DNA of 64,000 nucleotides from an uncultured delta proteobacterium (GTDB lineage: Bacteria; Desulfobacterota; Binatia; Binatales; Binataceae). Below the pieces are notes generated by a model, which did not search any database, was not told where the DNA came from, and saw only the letters and a program-made list of their open reading frames with translations. The translations under genes and the position numbers were made by a program. Of this stretch, positions 19,972 to 29,641 are shown piece by piece. The DNA lies in assembly GCA_963808235.1 (NCBI GenBank), contig CAWEEQ010000004.1, positions 320,001 through 384,000 on the forward strand, read 5' to 3'. The first letter of the stretch is position 1. The number at the start of each line of letters is the position of its first letter.

Positions 19972-21116
19972 GCCAACTTGCTAATGCTCTCTTCAGTGTA
20001 ATGCCTATAGACTCTGATGTGTTCGCGGAGCGCTCGCGAATGCTCATGCCTGCTACTCTTCATATACTCATAAGCCGCGCGGCCCTTGTCGATTGGCGAC
20101 CCCGCCATCAGGGCGAGCAATGCCGATTCGAAATCATCGTCGCGCACCGGCTGGCCGAAACGGCTGACCAATTGCTCAGCATCGACGGCGCTCAGCAGCG
20201 CGCAGCCGTGAGCTGATGCTTCGAGAAATGTCAGCGGCAAGCTTTCGCGAGCCGCAGTGTTGACCAGCGCCCACGCTCCGGAGAGAGTCTTGTTGAATCG
20301 TTCGGGATCCTCGAACTGGTTCAGCACCCCAGGCATCTCAAGATTTGGCAGGTTCTCATAACGACGCCGGAGCCTCGCGCCGTATCCGGATTCTCCCAGC
20401 GCGCTGCTCTCACCGGCGGCGATGAATCGATACTGCGGAAATTGTTTGGCGAGGTCCAGAAAAAGCCAGGGCCGTTTGCGCTTGTCCCATCGCGCGACGA
20501 ATAGAAAGGTTGGAATTTCGTTCTTGCGCGGGAGCGCTTTCGGCACCGAGATCAGGTTGGGCAAAATTCCGGGCAATTCGCGTAACCTGAATATGTGGCG
20601 GACCTTTTCGCGGATAAATTCCGCGGTGCAAAAAACCCCGTCAGCATCGCGCACCGCTTGCCGAACCAGGAAGCTCGCCTCACTCGCGTAGTTGAGTGCG
20701 AGCAGCAAGCGGCGGCGGACAGTCGCGTATCGAAATTCAATGAGCCAATCCCGCCGGTAGTGTGGATCGCGGCAGGTCACGAGATGGATGCAGTCGGGGC
20801 GCAGCTTTTGCGCCAGGTAGGTGAGCAGGCTCGGATTCTGTGAATGGAAAATGCGCGCCTCGCTCGCTTTGATGAGCCGGCATGCCTCGCCGACATTCAG
20901 CCCGCCGTAACTATAGAGCGGCACGCCCCCGATTCGCTCGAGCGGACGTTGTCCGCGCCGTCGTTGCGTGATCACCGTTACGGGAAAGTTATCCGCGGCC
21001 AGGCTTTGCGCAAGCCGACGCGGCATGCTCCCGAAGCCACTGTACGCGCCCCATCCGAAATACTGGCTGGCCAGTATGCAAATCGACGGTGTTACAGTAC
21101 CGATGTCACGGCTCAC
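19968..21116 (-). CDS. Glycosyltransferase family 4 (GT-B)
   Basis: FVARWDKRKR, E.LPLTFLEA motif; GTGA overlap with the radical SAM stop. Confidence 0.85.
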   Translation of the reverse strand: MSRDIGTVTPSICILASQYFGWGAYSGFGSMPRRLAQSLAADNFPVTVITQRRRGQRPLERIGGVPLYSYGGLNVGEACRLIKASEARIFHSQNPSLLTYLAQKLRPDCIHLVTCRDPHYRRDWLIEFRYATVRRRLLLALNYASEASFLVRQAVRDADGVFCTAEFIREKVRHIFRLRELPGILPNLISVPKALPRKNEIPTFLFVARWDKRKRPWLFLDLAKQFPQYRFIAAGESSALGESGYGARLRRRYENLPNLEMPGVLNQFEDPERFNKTLSGAWALVNTAARESLPLTFLEASAHGCALLSAVDAEQLVSRFGQPVRDDDFESALLALMAGSPIDKGRAAYEYMKSSRHEHSRALREHIRVYRHYTEESISKLA

Positions 21117-22885
21117 GAAGCAGCCAGCGATTGTTTCGCATCCAGATCGTGAGACTGCGCACGATCTTCTTCGGCGCCGCCAATCGCGAGGTCGGTATAG
21201 TGCCGCGTGGCGGGATCCTTTTTCAGGCGATGACGCAATCGGGTCAGCTTCCACAGGAACATCAGCGCCGGAACATATGTTGTTACGATCTCCCGGGCAC
21301 GGCGCGGATAGAAGAGCAGGGCCGCCTCGCGCTTCATCCCGGGGCGGCGCTGGCTGCGGCGCTTGCGCCGGAAAACTCCACTTTGCAACGGATGCACCTT
21401 TTCAAAGACCTGGCTGGTATAGAAGGTGAAGATCATCGAGGTCAGGCGCGCGGGACTGATTCCATTGGCGATCGCCCGCTTGATCAACGTCTCGATATGT
21501 TCCGGCGAATAGTACAGCCGCCACACATCCTCATATGCAGACTGCCACTGCGCCCGGGTCATCAACGCGTGGCCGGTCGTGACATGTTCGGTGTCGAATC
21601 GATTCATGTCGGAATCCATCTCGACGCCGTTGAGGTACAGATCGCGATGATCGCGAGAGCCGGGCAAAGGCGTCAAAACGAAAAATTCCAGAATGTCGAC
21701 GGGTAGTTCGCGCTGAATGGTTTCGATGTCGCGCGCGAGGCTTTCAGGCGTATCGTTTGGAAACCCGATTATGTAACCGGCGTACGTCATCACTCCGACT
21801 TCGCGCCATGCCCGCAGCATCGTGCGGTATTCGGAAAATTTATTCTGCCGCTTCGCCGCCGACTTGAGGTTCTCCGCGTTGACACTCTCGAGTCCGATGA
21901 AAACGCGTTTGCATCCCGCCCGCGCCGCCTTCTGGATGAAGCGCGGAATCTTATGACACTGAGTGTCGACCTGGATCGTCAGATGTATTTTGTAGCCTTC
22001 GTTTTCGCGCAGTTCGATGATGCGATCGAGGATCGGCTCCCAGTTTTTGTTACGGACAAAATCGTCGTCGGTGATGAAATAGGTTCTCACCCGTCCGCGT
22101 GGATGCGCCCGGATCAGATTCTCAACGTCAGCGGCGCTCCGATAGCGCGACTTGCGCCCCTGCACGTTGATGATCGTGCAGAAACTGCAGTTGAACGGGC
22201 ATCCGCGACCGGCGTCGAAGCAACTGATATTTCCGAGATTGCGCGCGAGGTGATGCGACTCGAGATAAGGCAGCGGCTGCCCTTCCAGACCGGGAAGATC
22301 CTGCACAAAATTGTACAGCGGCTTGAGCTTGCGCGCGTACGCGTCGCGCAGCAGCTCGTCCATCCGGTTTTCCGCTTCCCCGGCGAACAAACTGATTCCG
22401 AGCGCGCTCGCCTCCTTCAACTCCGGCGGCATCTCGGGGAGCATCGAAATGCATCCGCTGACATGGAACCCGCCAATCACCACTTGAATGCCGTGACGCC
22501 GCATCATTGCGCCAATGTCGACCGCGCGCGGGAACTGATTGCTCTGCACACCGACCAGGCAGACCAGGCCGCTGAGTCCGTTGCGGCGAAATCGCCGGAT
22601 AAGACTCCTGAGCGGCAGGACGGTGTTGATCTCGTCGTAGACCTCGAGCTCGAGATCGACTCCCGGACCGAGGACCTGGCGTTGCCGCGCGTCAAGCGCG
22701 AGTCCGTAAAGAGCGGCGGGCGAGTTCGCCGGAATCCAGCCGCGCCACCATTGAATGACGTAACCGTCGTCGTCGTAGTGCGAAGGCTTGATCATCGCGA
22801 CCAGGAATTTCTCGGCGCGAGCCGGCCTGGATGCCGGCGCAGTTCGCTCGCCCGGCGGATTTGAGATCTGGTCCGGAATTTCCAT
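21113..22885 (-). CDS. Radical SAM protein with N-terminal B12-binding-like domain
   Basis: RGCPFNCSFC, VIGGFH, FIGLES, YIIGFP.DT, LTPLPGS. Confidence 0.9.
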   Translation of the reverse strand: MEIPDQISNPPGERTAPASRPARAEKFLVAMIKPSHYDDDGYVIQWWRGWIPANSPAALYGLALDARQRQVLGPGVDLELEVYDEINTVLPLRSLIRRFRRNGLSGLVCLVGVQSNQFPRAVDIGAMMRRHGIQVVIGGFHVSGCISMLPEMPPELKEASALGISLFAGEAENRMDELLRDAYARKLKPLYNFVQDLPGLEGQPLPYLESHHLARNLGNISCFDAGRGCPFNCSFCTIINVQGRKSRYRSAADVENLIRAHPRGRVRTYFITDDDFVRNKNWEPILDRIIELRENEGYKIHLTIQVDTQCHKIPRFIQKAARAGCKRVFIGLESVNAENLKSAAKRQNKFSEYRTMLRAWREVGVMTYAGYIIGFPNDTPESLARDIETIQRELPVDILEFFVLTPLPGSRDHRDLYLNGVEMDSDMNRFDTEHVTTGHALMTRAQWQSAYEDVWRLYYSPEHIETLIKRAIANGISPARLTSMIFTFYTSQVFEKVHPLQSGVFRRKRRSQRRPGMKREAALLFYPRRAREIVTTYVPALMFLWKLTRLRHRLKKDPATRHYTDLAIGGAEEDRAQSHDLDAKQSLAAS

Positions 22886-23008
22886 TTTTGAATCGTGATT
22901 CAGCGTCCGAGCGCTGTTACGCTTTTCCCCACCCGTGACACTCTACGTGACGCGCACGCGAAACGCAGCATCAAGGCGGGCTGGCCGAAGTCGCGCGCGC
23001 CGGACCGG

Positions 23009-23437
23009 CTATCGGGTCTTGAGGCTGAGCTGGACGCGCTGGGCGTTGAGCTCCAGCACGTAACCGTCAGGATCGGTCATGTAGGCGTGTCGCTCGCGGA
23101 TTCCATTGTATTCGTACTCTTCGCGCTTCAGCAGCTTGCCGCCCAGCTGTTCGATCTCCGCGATCGCGTCGTCGACGTCTTCATCGCGCTGAAGATTGAA
23201 ACCAAAATGGCTCAAGCCTCCCGGTCCGATCGGCGCTCCATCGACTTGCGATAGCGAAAATACATCGACGGCGCCCGGCGTGGTCATTATGACTTGGCGC
23301 CCATCAGGATGAGGCCCCATCGGGCCGCGATAATCGGTCAGAACCTCCAATCCGAACGCCTCTCGGTAGAAGCGCACCGAGCGCTCGATGTCCGACACGT
23401 TCAGGTTAATGTGCGTCAAGCCTCGAGTCTTGATCAT
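23009..23437 (-). CDS. VOC/glyoxalase family protein
   Basis: LTHINLNVSD..RS..FY, SHFGF, DPDGYVLEL. Confidence 0.88.
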   Translation of the reverse strand: MIKTRGLTHINLNVSDIERSVRFYREAFGLEVLTDYRGPMGPHPDGRQVIMTTPGAVDVFSLSQVDGAPIGPGGLSHFGFNLQRDEDVDDAIAEIEQLGGKLLKREEYEYNGIRERHAYMTDPDGYVLELNAQRVQLSLKTR

Positions 23438-23488
23438 AAATCATCCTGTTGAAGAACAGTTGGCTCCGGAGCGCGCCAGGATTTCATC

Positions 23489-24040
23489 TCAGACCATCCG
23501 CAACGCGAACCATCCGACCGCGCCGCCGGCCAGGATCAGCAGCGCCATGTTGACGTGGCGGATGAGCAGGATCCCGGTCACTGCCGCTGTGATCGAAATC
23601 GTGATCAGGTTGTGACGCATCGAATGGTCCAGGTTAATCGTCGCGGTCCGCCCGATTGCATACACGCCTGACGCCATCAGCCCGATCGTGATCGGCGCCA
23701 TCCCGCGCTGCACCGCGTCGCGCCACGGCGACCCCTCGAAGTGGTCCCACACCTTGCCGACCGCGAACACCAGCGTGCACGACGGCAGGTAGAAAGCCAG
23801 CAACACCAGGATCGCTCCCGCCACTCCCGAGACGTGATAGCCAATTACCGTCACCATGTTCATGTTGGGCCCCGGCGCCAGTTGTCCGAGACTGTAGATG
23901 TCGATGAATTGATCCGCGCTTAGCCATTTATGTACCGCGACGGTCTCATGCTTCATCTGCGGAAGCACGGCGGTTCCGCCGCCGACTGCGAGAAGCGACA
24001 ACAACGCGAACACGTTCACCAGGGTGACCAGCTTGTTCAT
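23489..24040 (-). CDS. chrA: Short-chain chromate transporter subunit
   Basis: AVGGG, WLS..QF, GQLAPGP; ATGA overlap with its partner. Confidence 0.85.
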   Translation of the reverse strand: MNKLVTLVNVFALLSLLAVGGGTAVLPQMKHETVAVHKWLSADQFIDIYSLGQLAPGPNMNMVTVIGYHVSGVAGAILVLLAFYLPSCTLVFAVGKVWDHFEGSPWRDAVQRGMAPITIGLMASGVYAIGRTATINLDHSMRHNLITISITAAVTGILLIRHVNMALLILAGGAVGWFALRMV

Positions 24041-24729
24041 GACGATGACTCCGTGGATACATCCGCGCCGTGACGAGCGGCGACTTCTTCGTGATGCTCG
24101 GCCAGTTGCGCGTGATAAGTGGCTTGCTGCGCATGGTACGCGGCGAGTTCCTTCGCTTGCGGCCGGTTGAACTGGATCGCGATTGGTACCAGCACCGCCA
24201 GCACCGGCACCAGCGAGATATGAAAAATTCCGACCACTACGAACGCAGGGACAAGAATGATCCAGTCCTGCCACTTCTTGATCTCGCGCGCCCCCATTTG
24301 CAGCGTCACCGCCAGGATCAGTCCGACCGCCGCCGCGCCCACGCCGCTCAGCACCGCGCCCACCTCGGGATTGTTTTTGAACCTCGCGTACAGCAACCCG
24401 AGGATGAATACGAAGATCGCGCCCGGCAAAGTCATCCCGACCGCCGCCGCAATAGCTCCCACCACTCCGCGCAAACGGCTGCCGACGATCACGGCGACGT
24501 TGGTTGAGATCAGGCCCGGCACGGTCTGCCCGATCTCGAGCGACGCCAGGAAGTGATCTTCGTCGAGCCACCCTTGACGGTCGACCATATGCTCGCGCAG
24601 GTACGCGATCACACCCCCGCCGAAACTGGTCGCACCTATATAAGAGAAAACCAGGAACAACTTCGCCAGGCTGACCTTAGCGGCGCCGGCAGGCGCATCT
24701 TTCATAGCGGTCTCTGTTTTCTCCGGCAT
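24037..24729 (-). CDS. chrA: Short-chain chromate transporter subunit with His-rich tail
   Basis: SFGGG, WLDEDHF, GQTVPG. Confidence 0.85.
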   Translation of the reverse strand: MPEKTETAMKDAPAGAAKVSLAKLFLVFSYIGATSFGGGVIAYLREHMVDRQGWLDEDHFLASLEIGQTVPGLISTNVAVIVGSRLRGVVGAIAAAVGMTLPGAIFVFILGLLYARFKNNPEVGAVLSGVGAAAVGLILAVTLQMGAREIKKWQDWIILVPAFVVVGIFHISLVPVLAVLVPIAIQFNRPQAKELAAYHAQQATYHAQLAEHHEEVAARHGADVSTESSS

Positions 24730-24762
24730 GATAAATTGGCACGCTATCCTAACTTTGCGGCG

Positions 24763-24804
24763 CAAAAAAGAAAGCGGGACGGCCCGCATGGGGACGTCCC
24801 GCTT
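24763..24804 (-). terminator. Intrinsic terminator of the DUF1329 gene
   Basis: AAGCGGGACG..CGTCCCGCTT stem preceded on + by an A-run (U-tract on -). Confidence 0.75.
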
Positions 24805-24826
24805 ATCTTGAAACCGAACGAGTTAT

Positions 24827-26137
24827 CTAGCGGCCTTGCTGCGCCGCCTCCTGCATCGAGTTGGCGGTGAAGAAGGTCCTGTCCACCGCACCCATGTTGA
24901 TGTACCAGCACTCGCGCTCCGGCGTATCGCGCGCGGGCAGGTAGCACATGCTGGATTGCAGCGACTGGCAATCGAGCGATGACGCTCCCACGACGAACGA
25001 GCGTTTGAACGGGTAAATTGCGATGCGGGCATCCGGCACCGGACGATCGCGCTGGGTCAGCAGGTACATGAAGTTCTGAAACAACTCGCCTTTCTGATCG
25101 TAGGTGTCGACGTAGGGCTCGAACCAAACCTCCGAGTCCATGTACAGCATGTTTCTACCCTGCAGCGTATTGATTACGCCGTACCGGGGTAGCGCCTCGA
25201 GGATGTACATGTGTCGATATTCCCACGCCTCGGGGCAGGCACTCGCCTGGCCGTCCGTCGGGCATGCTACTTCCGGCGAGTGCTCCGCATGCACGCACGC
25301 AAGCATTTCCTTCTCGCCAAGGAACTTGTAGTCGTACGCTTCCGTCTTCGGATTGAAGCCGGAGTAGTGGTCCGGGTTCCATGCCGATATTCCGGTAGCG
25401 TCGCTCAGAACCCCTTCGTTGAGCCGCCGCACGCGTCGCGCGCCGGGGGTGTACGACCAGGAATCGTCGCCTCTCTTGGCATCGGAGTATCGGAACCGTA
25501 TCAGGCCCGAGCCGCGCTGCGTGGCAGGCGCGAGAACCGGATATAGCGCAAACAACCACAGCCGCCCGGTCAGCTTGAAGTCGGGATCCACCGGCATCGG
25601 TTCGACTTCGGTACGTCCGACCTCGCTGTATCCGGCGTAGTGGCCGACTTCGGTGTCATCGAGTTCGAGGCTGTTTGCCTTGCCCTTGGAAATGTAATGG
25701 GCGTTGCAGTCGAAGAAGCGCAGATCGTAATCGTCCGAAGTGATCGGGCGGAACACGTTGTTCCAGGCGATCTTGATCGCTACATCCGGATCGTTCGGAT
25801 CGATCAGCGGAAACGGCTGTCCCGCAACATAACCTACTGCCGAGCGATGATCTCTCGACAGCCGCACCTGCGCCGAATACTTTTCGGTCGCATCCTTATA
25901 AGGCGGCGGCCAGTCCACGCGCTGGGTCGGCACGATTTTCATTTCCATGCCACCCTGCACGCGCAGGAAGATTCCAGGCGATACCGCGTCCTTCACCTTT
26001 GCGGCATTCTCGGGGGTGATCATCTCCCCGGGTTTGACCGCCGCGTTGCCCGGCGCATACCAGATAGCCAGCGTCAGCACGATAGCGGCCGCGCTCAGAA
26101 GAGCGCGCTGAGTTTTGACTCGCACATCCATTCTCAT
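24827..26137 (-). CDS. DUF1329 domain exported protein
   Basis: Signal peptide, ITPEN, ATEKY, GQPFP.IDPNDP, W.YTP..RRVRR; GAGGAGG RBS. Confidence 0.85.
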   Translation of the reverse strand: MRMDVRVKTQRALLSAAAIVLTLAIWYAPGNAAVKPGEMITPENAAKVKDAVSPGIFLRVQGGMEMKIVPTQRVDWPPPYKDATEKYSAQVRLSRDHRSAVGYVAGQPFPLIDPNDPDVAIKIAWNNVFRPITSDDYDLRFFDCNAHYISKGKANSLELDDTEVGHYAGYSEVGRTEVEPMPVDPDFKLTGRLWLFALYPVLAPATQRGSGLIRFRYSDAKRGDDSWSYTPGARRVRRLNEGVLSDATGISAWNPDHYSGFNPKTEAYDYKFLGEKEMLACVHAEHSPEVACPTDGQASACPEAWEYRHMYILEALPRYGVINTLQGRNMLYMDSEVWFEPYVDTYDQKGELFQNFMYLLTQRDRPVPDARIAIYPFKRSFVVGASSLDCQSLQSSMCYLPARDTPERECWYINMGAVDRTFFTANSMQEAAQQGR

Positions 26138-26399
26138 CGGGGGGCCTCCTCGTTGCAGTCCGGGACTCGCCGCACCATTAGAAGCGGCTTCACCGATCAT
26201 TAGTCGGATTTCGCTTGAGACTCTAGACACATTTTTTGATTTGTGATCCTGACTCTGAGAGTCCCAAAAGTACCTCCCGATTTGCAAACGGAATGTGGCT
26301 CGCGGAAAAGTAAAATTAAAACTCTTTGTAGTTAAAACCATGCCGACGATTCGTTTGAATTTCTTCTCTTGTTCACGCAAAACTTGAACTCAGGACGCG

Positions 26400-26855
26400 A
26401 TGGAAACCCTGGATAACTCAACGCAACTCGAGCGAGGCCGTCGCGGCTGCTATCCGGTCTTCGCACTCGCGATCCTCTCGCTCCTGCTCATTTCGACCCT
26501 GACCGAAGCCCAGTGGACCGGCCGCGACGGATGGGTCGAGGAGCCCGCCGCCAAATCGCTCAACGTCGTAGGAGGCTCGGATCATGCCTACCTCGACCCC
26601 GCTTCGGTGCATCGCGGCGATGACGGCCTGGTCTATTTCAACGAAAGCTCCAACGTGTCGCGGCCCGAGGAAATCGGCAAGGTCGGCTTCATGAAGGACG
26701 CCTACGATTGCGCGAGGAACATCAAGTACATGTGCGTTGAGGTCGGCGACTGGCGCAACGATCCGAAAAGCACCGTCAAAGCTGCGAAAGATCCCGCACT
26801 GCCGATCTATCGCAAGTACCTTTGCGGCGATTCCGATCCGGCCCCCGGAAAATAG
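26400..26855 (+). CDS. Hypothetical exported protein
   Basis: Hydrophobic N-terminal segment, YLDPASV..DDGLVYF, YDC, C-terminal YLC. Confidence 0.6.
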   Translation: METLDNSTQLERGRRGCYPVFALAILSLLLISTLTEAQWTGRDGWVEEPAAKSLNVVGGSDHAYLDPASVHRGDDGLVYFNESSNVSRPEEIGKVGFMKDAYDCARNIKYMCVEVGDWRNDPKSTVKAAKDPALPIYRKYLCGDSDPAPGK

Positions 26856-26887
26856 TGCGTCTCCCGATGCGCCCTACGCGGCGCGAT

Positions 26888-27139
26888 TCATGACAGAGTA
26901 AACCTGTTCATGCGCATCGAGACTTCGTCGAGCGTCGGGAAACCGTTCGTATGCGTTCGGCGGTCGCCGAGCAGATGCTCCTTGCGATCGAGAAATTCGA
27001 CCAGCGCCCGCTTGACGTAATAATTCCTCTTGTGCCCCCTCTCGAGCGCAAGGTTTTCAAGCCGCCGTTTCGCTTCCTTCTTCGTCATCGAGCGGCGAAT
27101 ATAGATCACGAACCATCGTGTGCGAAGTTCCGACGCCAT
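26888..27139 (-). CDS. Ribbon-helix-helix (CopG/antitoxin-like) protein
   Basis: RRLENLA..G....YYVKRAL.EFL..PTLDEV pattern. Confidence 0.55.
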   Translation of the reverse strand: MASELRTRWFVIYIRRSMTKKEAKRRLENLALERGHKRNYYVKRALVEFLDRKEHLLGDRRTHTNGFPTLDEVSMRMNRFTLS

Positions 27140-27192
27140 CTTTTCGCGAAAAAAATCACCAACCTGTGGATAAACGTCTCTCTTGTCTCTTA

Positions 27193-27305
27193 CCTCGCCC
27201 GTAATTCACGGGAGAGGAGGGCCGACCGCTCTGGCGGTCGGTAGGTAAGGATTTCGCGACTCACTTGAGCGCAGCGAAGGACCCCGGATCTTTCTCGGCG
27301 CCAAC
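27193..27305 (+). repeat. REP-like family A copy followed by a family C copy
   Basis: CCTCGCCCGT..ACGGGAGAGG-hairpin-GGTAAGG (27193-27250); TGAGCGCAGCGAAG..ATCTTTCTCGGCGC similar to 59246-59281. Confidence 0.7.
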
Positions 27306-27481
27306 AACATCACCATCCACTCACCGATCGATCACCGAACAGACGCGATTGCCAAAAGCTTCCACCACCCATGAAGGTCAACCATGACCCCTTTCTAAGT
27401 CCGCCTTTGGTAATTGCGAAATGGGATGACAAGTGCAATTGTAAGCGCTAACTCTTTTCTGATACCTGCAAGATCAAAGTC

Positions 27482-27733
27482 GTGGCAAAGGAGCGAACAT
27501 TGGAAATAGACAGAATCGTGGCAGACTTGAGGCGTGAGGCTGAGCGCATAGGCAAAGCTATCTCTGCGCTGTTGGGTTCGGCTGGCGCATCTGCAAAGCG
27601 CGGCCCCGGCGGAGCGGCCAAGGGCCCCAAGAAAAGGAAGCGGCGCGGCCGCCTCACTCCTGAAGGCAGAAGGCGGTTGTCGGAAGCTATGAAGAAGCGA
27701 TGGGCCGAGCGTAGGAAGATGAAGAAGGGTTAG
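27482..27733 (+). CDS. Small basic, putative nucleoid-associated protein
   Basis: N-terminal coiled coil, KRGPG, RRGRLTPEGRRRLSEAMKKRWAERRK. Confidence 0.65.
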   Translation: MAKERTLEIDRIVADLRREAERIGKAISALLGSAGASAKRGPGGAAKGPKKRKRRGRLTPEGRRRLSEAMKKRWAERRKMKKG

Positions 27734-27796
27734 CTAACCCCAAAATCGCGAAGGTCCTGATCTCCGCACCCTGCGGTCGCTGCTAGTACGATTGTG

Positions 27797-27828
27797 CCCC
27801 TTCCCCACTGGGGAAGGGGTCAGGGGTT
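27797..27828 (+). repeat. REP-like palindrome related to family A
   Basis: CCCCTTCCCC-ACT-GGGGAAGGGG-TCAGGGGTT. Confidence 0.55.
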
Positions 27829-27972
27829 CGCCTAGAAGGTCGACGCACCCGGACTCGCGCTCGATCAGCGGACCAGCTACCCGTTTAGTGTCGGCGTTAG
27901 CTGTGCTGCCTCGCGCGAGTATTTTCCATAGCTGCGAGTCCTGTATCCAAGCCAACCGTCGGAGTAACCCCG

Positions 27973-28728
27973 GTGATCGAGCTATATCACGCCCACATTT
28001 CGACCTGCAGCCAGAAGGTCCGGCTGTGTCTTGCTGAAAAGGAGATAGCGTGGACCAGTCATCCGCTGGATTTCGCGAAGGCTGAGCATCTGAGTCCCGC
28101 CTATCTCGCGCTCAATCCGAACGGAGTCGTTCCGACCCTGGTCCATGACGGCCGTCCCGTGATCGATTCTTCGGTTATCTGCGAATATCTCGAAGAGATT
28201 GCTCCTAACCAGGGAACCGCGCTGATGCCCGCCACTGCTTACGACCGCGCGCGAGTCCGCGCGTGGTTGCGCTATATCGAAGAAGTGCCCACCGCCGCCA
28301 TTCGCGTACCGTCCTTCAACGGGCTCTTCCTGGGCGGCTGGAAGCGGATGAGCGACGCCGCTCGCGCCCGCTACATCGAAGCGACTCCGCTGCGCAAAGG
28401 ACACTACCGGCGCTTCGGTACCGATGGCTTTTCCACGGACCAGGTTGACGAGTCTGTTGAGCGGCTGCGCCAGACCGTTGAGAGAATCGACGTGGCAGTC
28501 GCGACAGAGTCGTCATGGATTGCGGGCGATTCTATCTCGCTTGCCGATCTGTGCGTCCTCCCAACCATCGTGCGGATGTCGGACATCGGCGTTGAAAACA
28601 TTTGGGCGGGCCTTTCCCAGTTCACGCTATGGTTCGATCGCATCAGATCCCGGCCATCATTCGAAAAAGCATTTTACAAAGGATCGCGCGTTGCTATCCC
28701 CGAACACGATCGATCCGCAAGCGCGTGA
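27973..28728 (+). CDS. Glutathione S-transferase
   Basis: STCSQKVR, LNPNGVVPTL, DSSVICEYL, SLAD. Confidence 0.9.
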   Translation: MIELYHAHISTCSQKVRLCLAEKEIAWTSHPLDFAKAEHLSPAYLALNPNGVVPTLVHDGRPVIDSSVICEYLEEIAPNQGTALMPATAYDRARVRAWLRYIEEVPTAAIRVPSFNGLFLGGWKRMSDAARARYIEATPLRKGHYRRFGTDGFSTDQVDESVERLRQTVERIDVAVATESSWIAGDSISLADLCVLPTIVRMSDIGVENIWAGLSQFTLWFDRIRSRPSFEKAFYKGSRVAIPEHDRSASA

Positions 28729-28745
28729 CCCCAGCGCCCAATCCA

Positions 28746-29177
28746 ATGAAAGCAGGCACACTCATACTCGGTTCAATCCTCGTCCTGTTGTTCAACCTCG
28801 GAGTAACTACCGCCGAGGCTTCCGATCAGGCCGCAGTCGACAAGGCAACGATTGCCGCGGACACATGGCTGAAGCTCATCGACAACGGTGATTACAAGCA
28901 GAGCTGGCAACAGGCCAGCTCCGCCTTCCGGAACGCCGTCAGTGAAGATCAATGGACCCAAATGGTGGGCGCTGTCCGGCAGCCGTTGGGCGCACTCGTC
29001 TCAAGGAAGCTCAAGGGCGCGCAGTATTCCACCAGCCTCCCCGGCGCTCCTGAAGGACAGTACGTAGTGATCCAGTATGACGCCTCCTACCAGAATAAGA
29101 GTTCGGCGGTCGAAACCGTGACCCCGATGCTCGACAAAGACGGCCACTGGCGCGTCTCCGGCTACTACATCAAGTAG
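28746..29177 (+). CDS. DUF4019 domain exported protein
   Basis: WLKLID.G.Y..SW, R.PLG...SR, LPGAP.G.YVVIQY, WRVSGYYIK. Confidence 0.85.
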   Translation: MKAGTLILGSILVLLFNLGVTTAEASDQAAVDKATIAADTWLKLIDNGDYKQSWQQASSAFRNAVSEDQWTQMVGAVRQPLGALVSRKLKGAQYSTSLPGAPEGQYVVIQYDASYQNKSSAVETVTPMLDKDGHWRVSGYYIK

Positions 29178-29209
29178 GCCCTCCCCGGGGGCAATGTGCG
29201 CGGAACTGC

Positions 29210-29263
29210 TTGACAGGCGCGTGGTTGCTGGTGTAAATCCGAACCTGAATTCGTATTCGGATT
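29210..29263 (+). promoter_or_regulatory. Sigma70-like promoter overlapped by a palindromic operator (probable TetR site)
   Basis: TTGACA-17-GTAAAT; AATCCGAA-cct-GAATTC-gta-TTCGGATT at 29236-29263, directly upstream of an operon containing tetR. Confidence 0.65.
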
Positions 29264-29275
29264 CAAGGAGATCCC

Positions 29276-29641
29276 ATGCGCCGTTGTTTGATCACCGCCT
29301 TTGTCATCTGGCTCGTCGCAACCATCGTGCTGCGCTTCACGGGCCAGTACCTCCTGTATCCCGAGAGCCTGGTCGCTATCGCGGCATTGCTCCTTGTAAG
29401 TTTTCCGCTGATGGCCTTTATCGCGCGGCGGATCTGCGCCGACGCCGCACTGCCGCGCGAGCAATGGCCCGCCGCTGGAATTTTTCTCGTGATGCCTACC
29501 CTGGTGCTCGATACCTTCAGCACCGTTTTCTTTCCACTCGTCTATCCGAACATCCCGGAGCAGGCCGCCGGATTGTTCGGAGGATGGATGCTCTGTTGCT
29601 GCGCGGGCGCATTGCTCGGAGTGAACCTCGCGCGGCGATGA
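29276..29641 (+). CDS. Membrane protein (DUF5367-like)
   Basis: Four hydrophobic segments, IWLVATIVLR.GQ, P.LVLD, FGGWML; AAGGAG RBS. Confidence 0.7.
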   Translation: MRRCLITAFVIWLVATIVLRFTGQYLLYPESLVAIAALLLVSFPLMAFIARRICADAALPREQWPAAGIFLVMPTLVLDTFSTVFFPLVYPNIPEQAAGLFGGWMLCCCAGALLGVNLARR

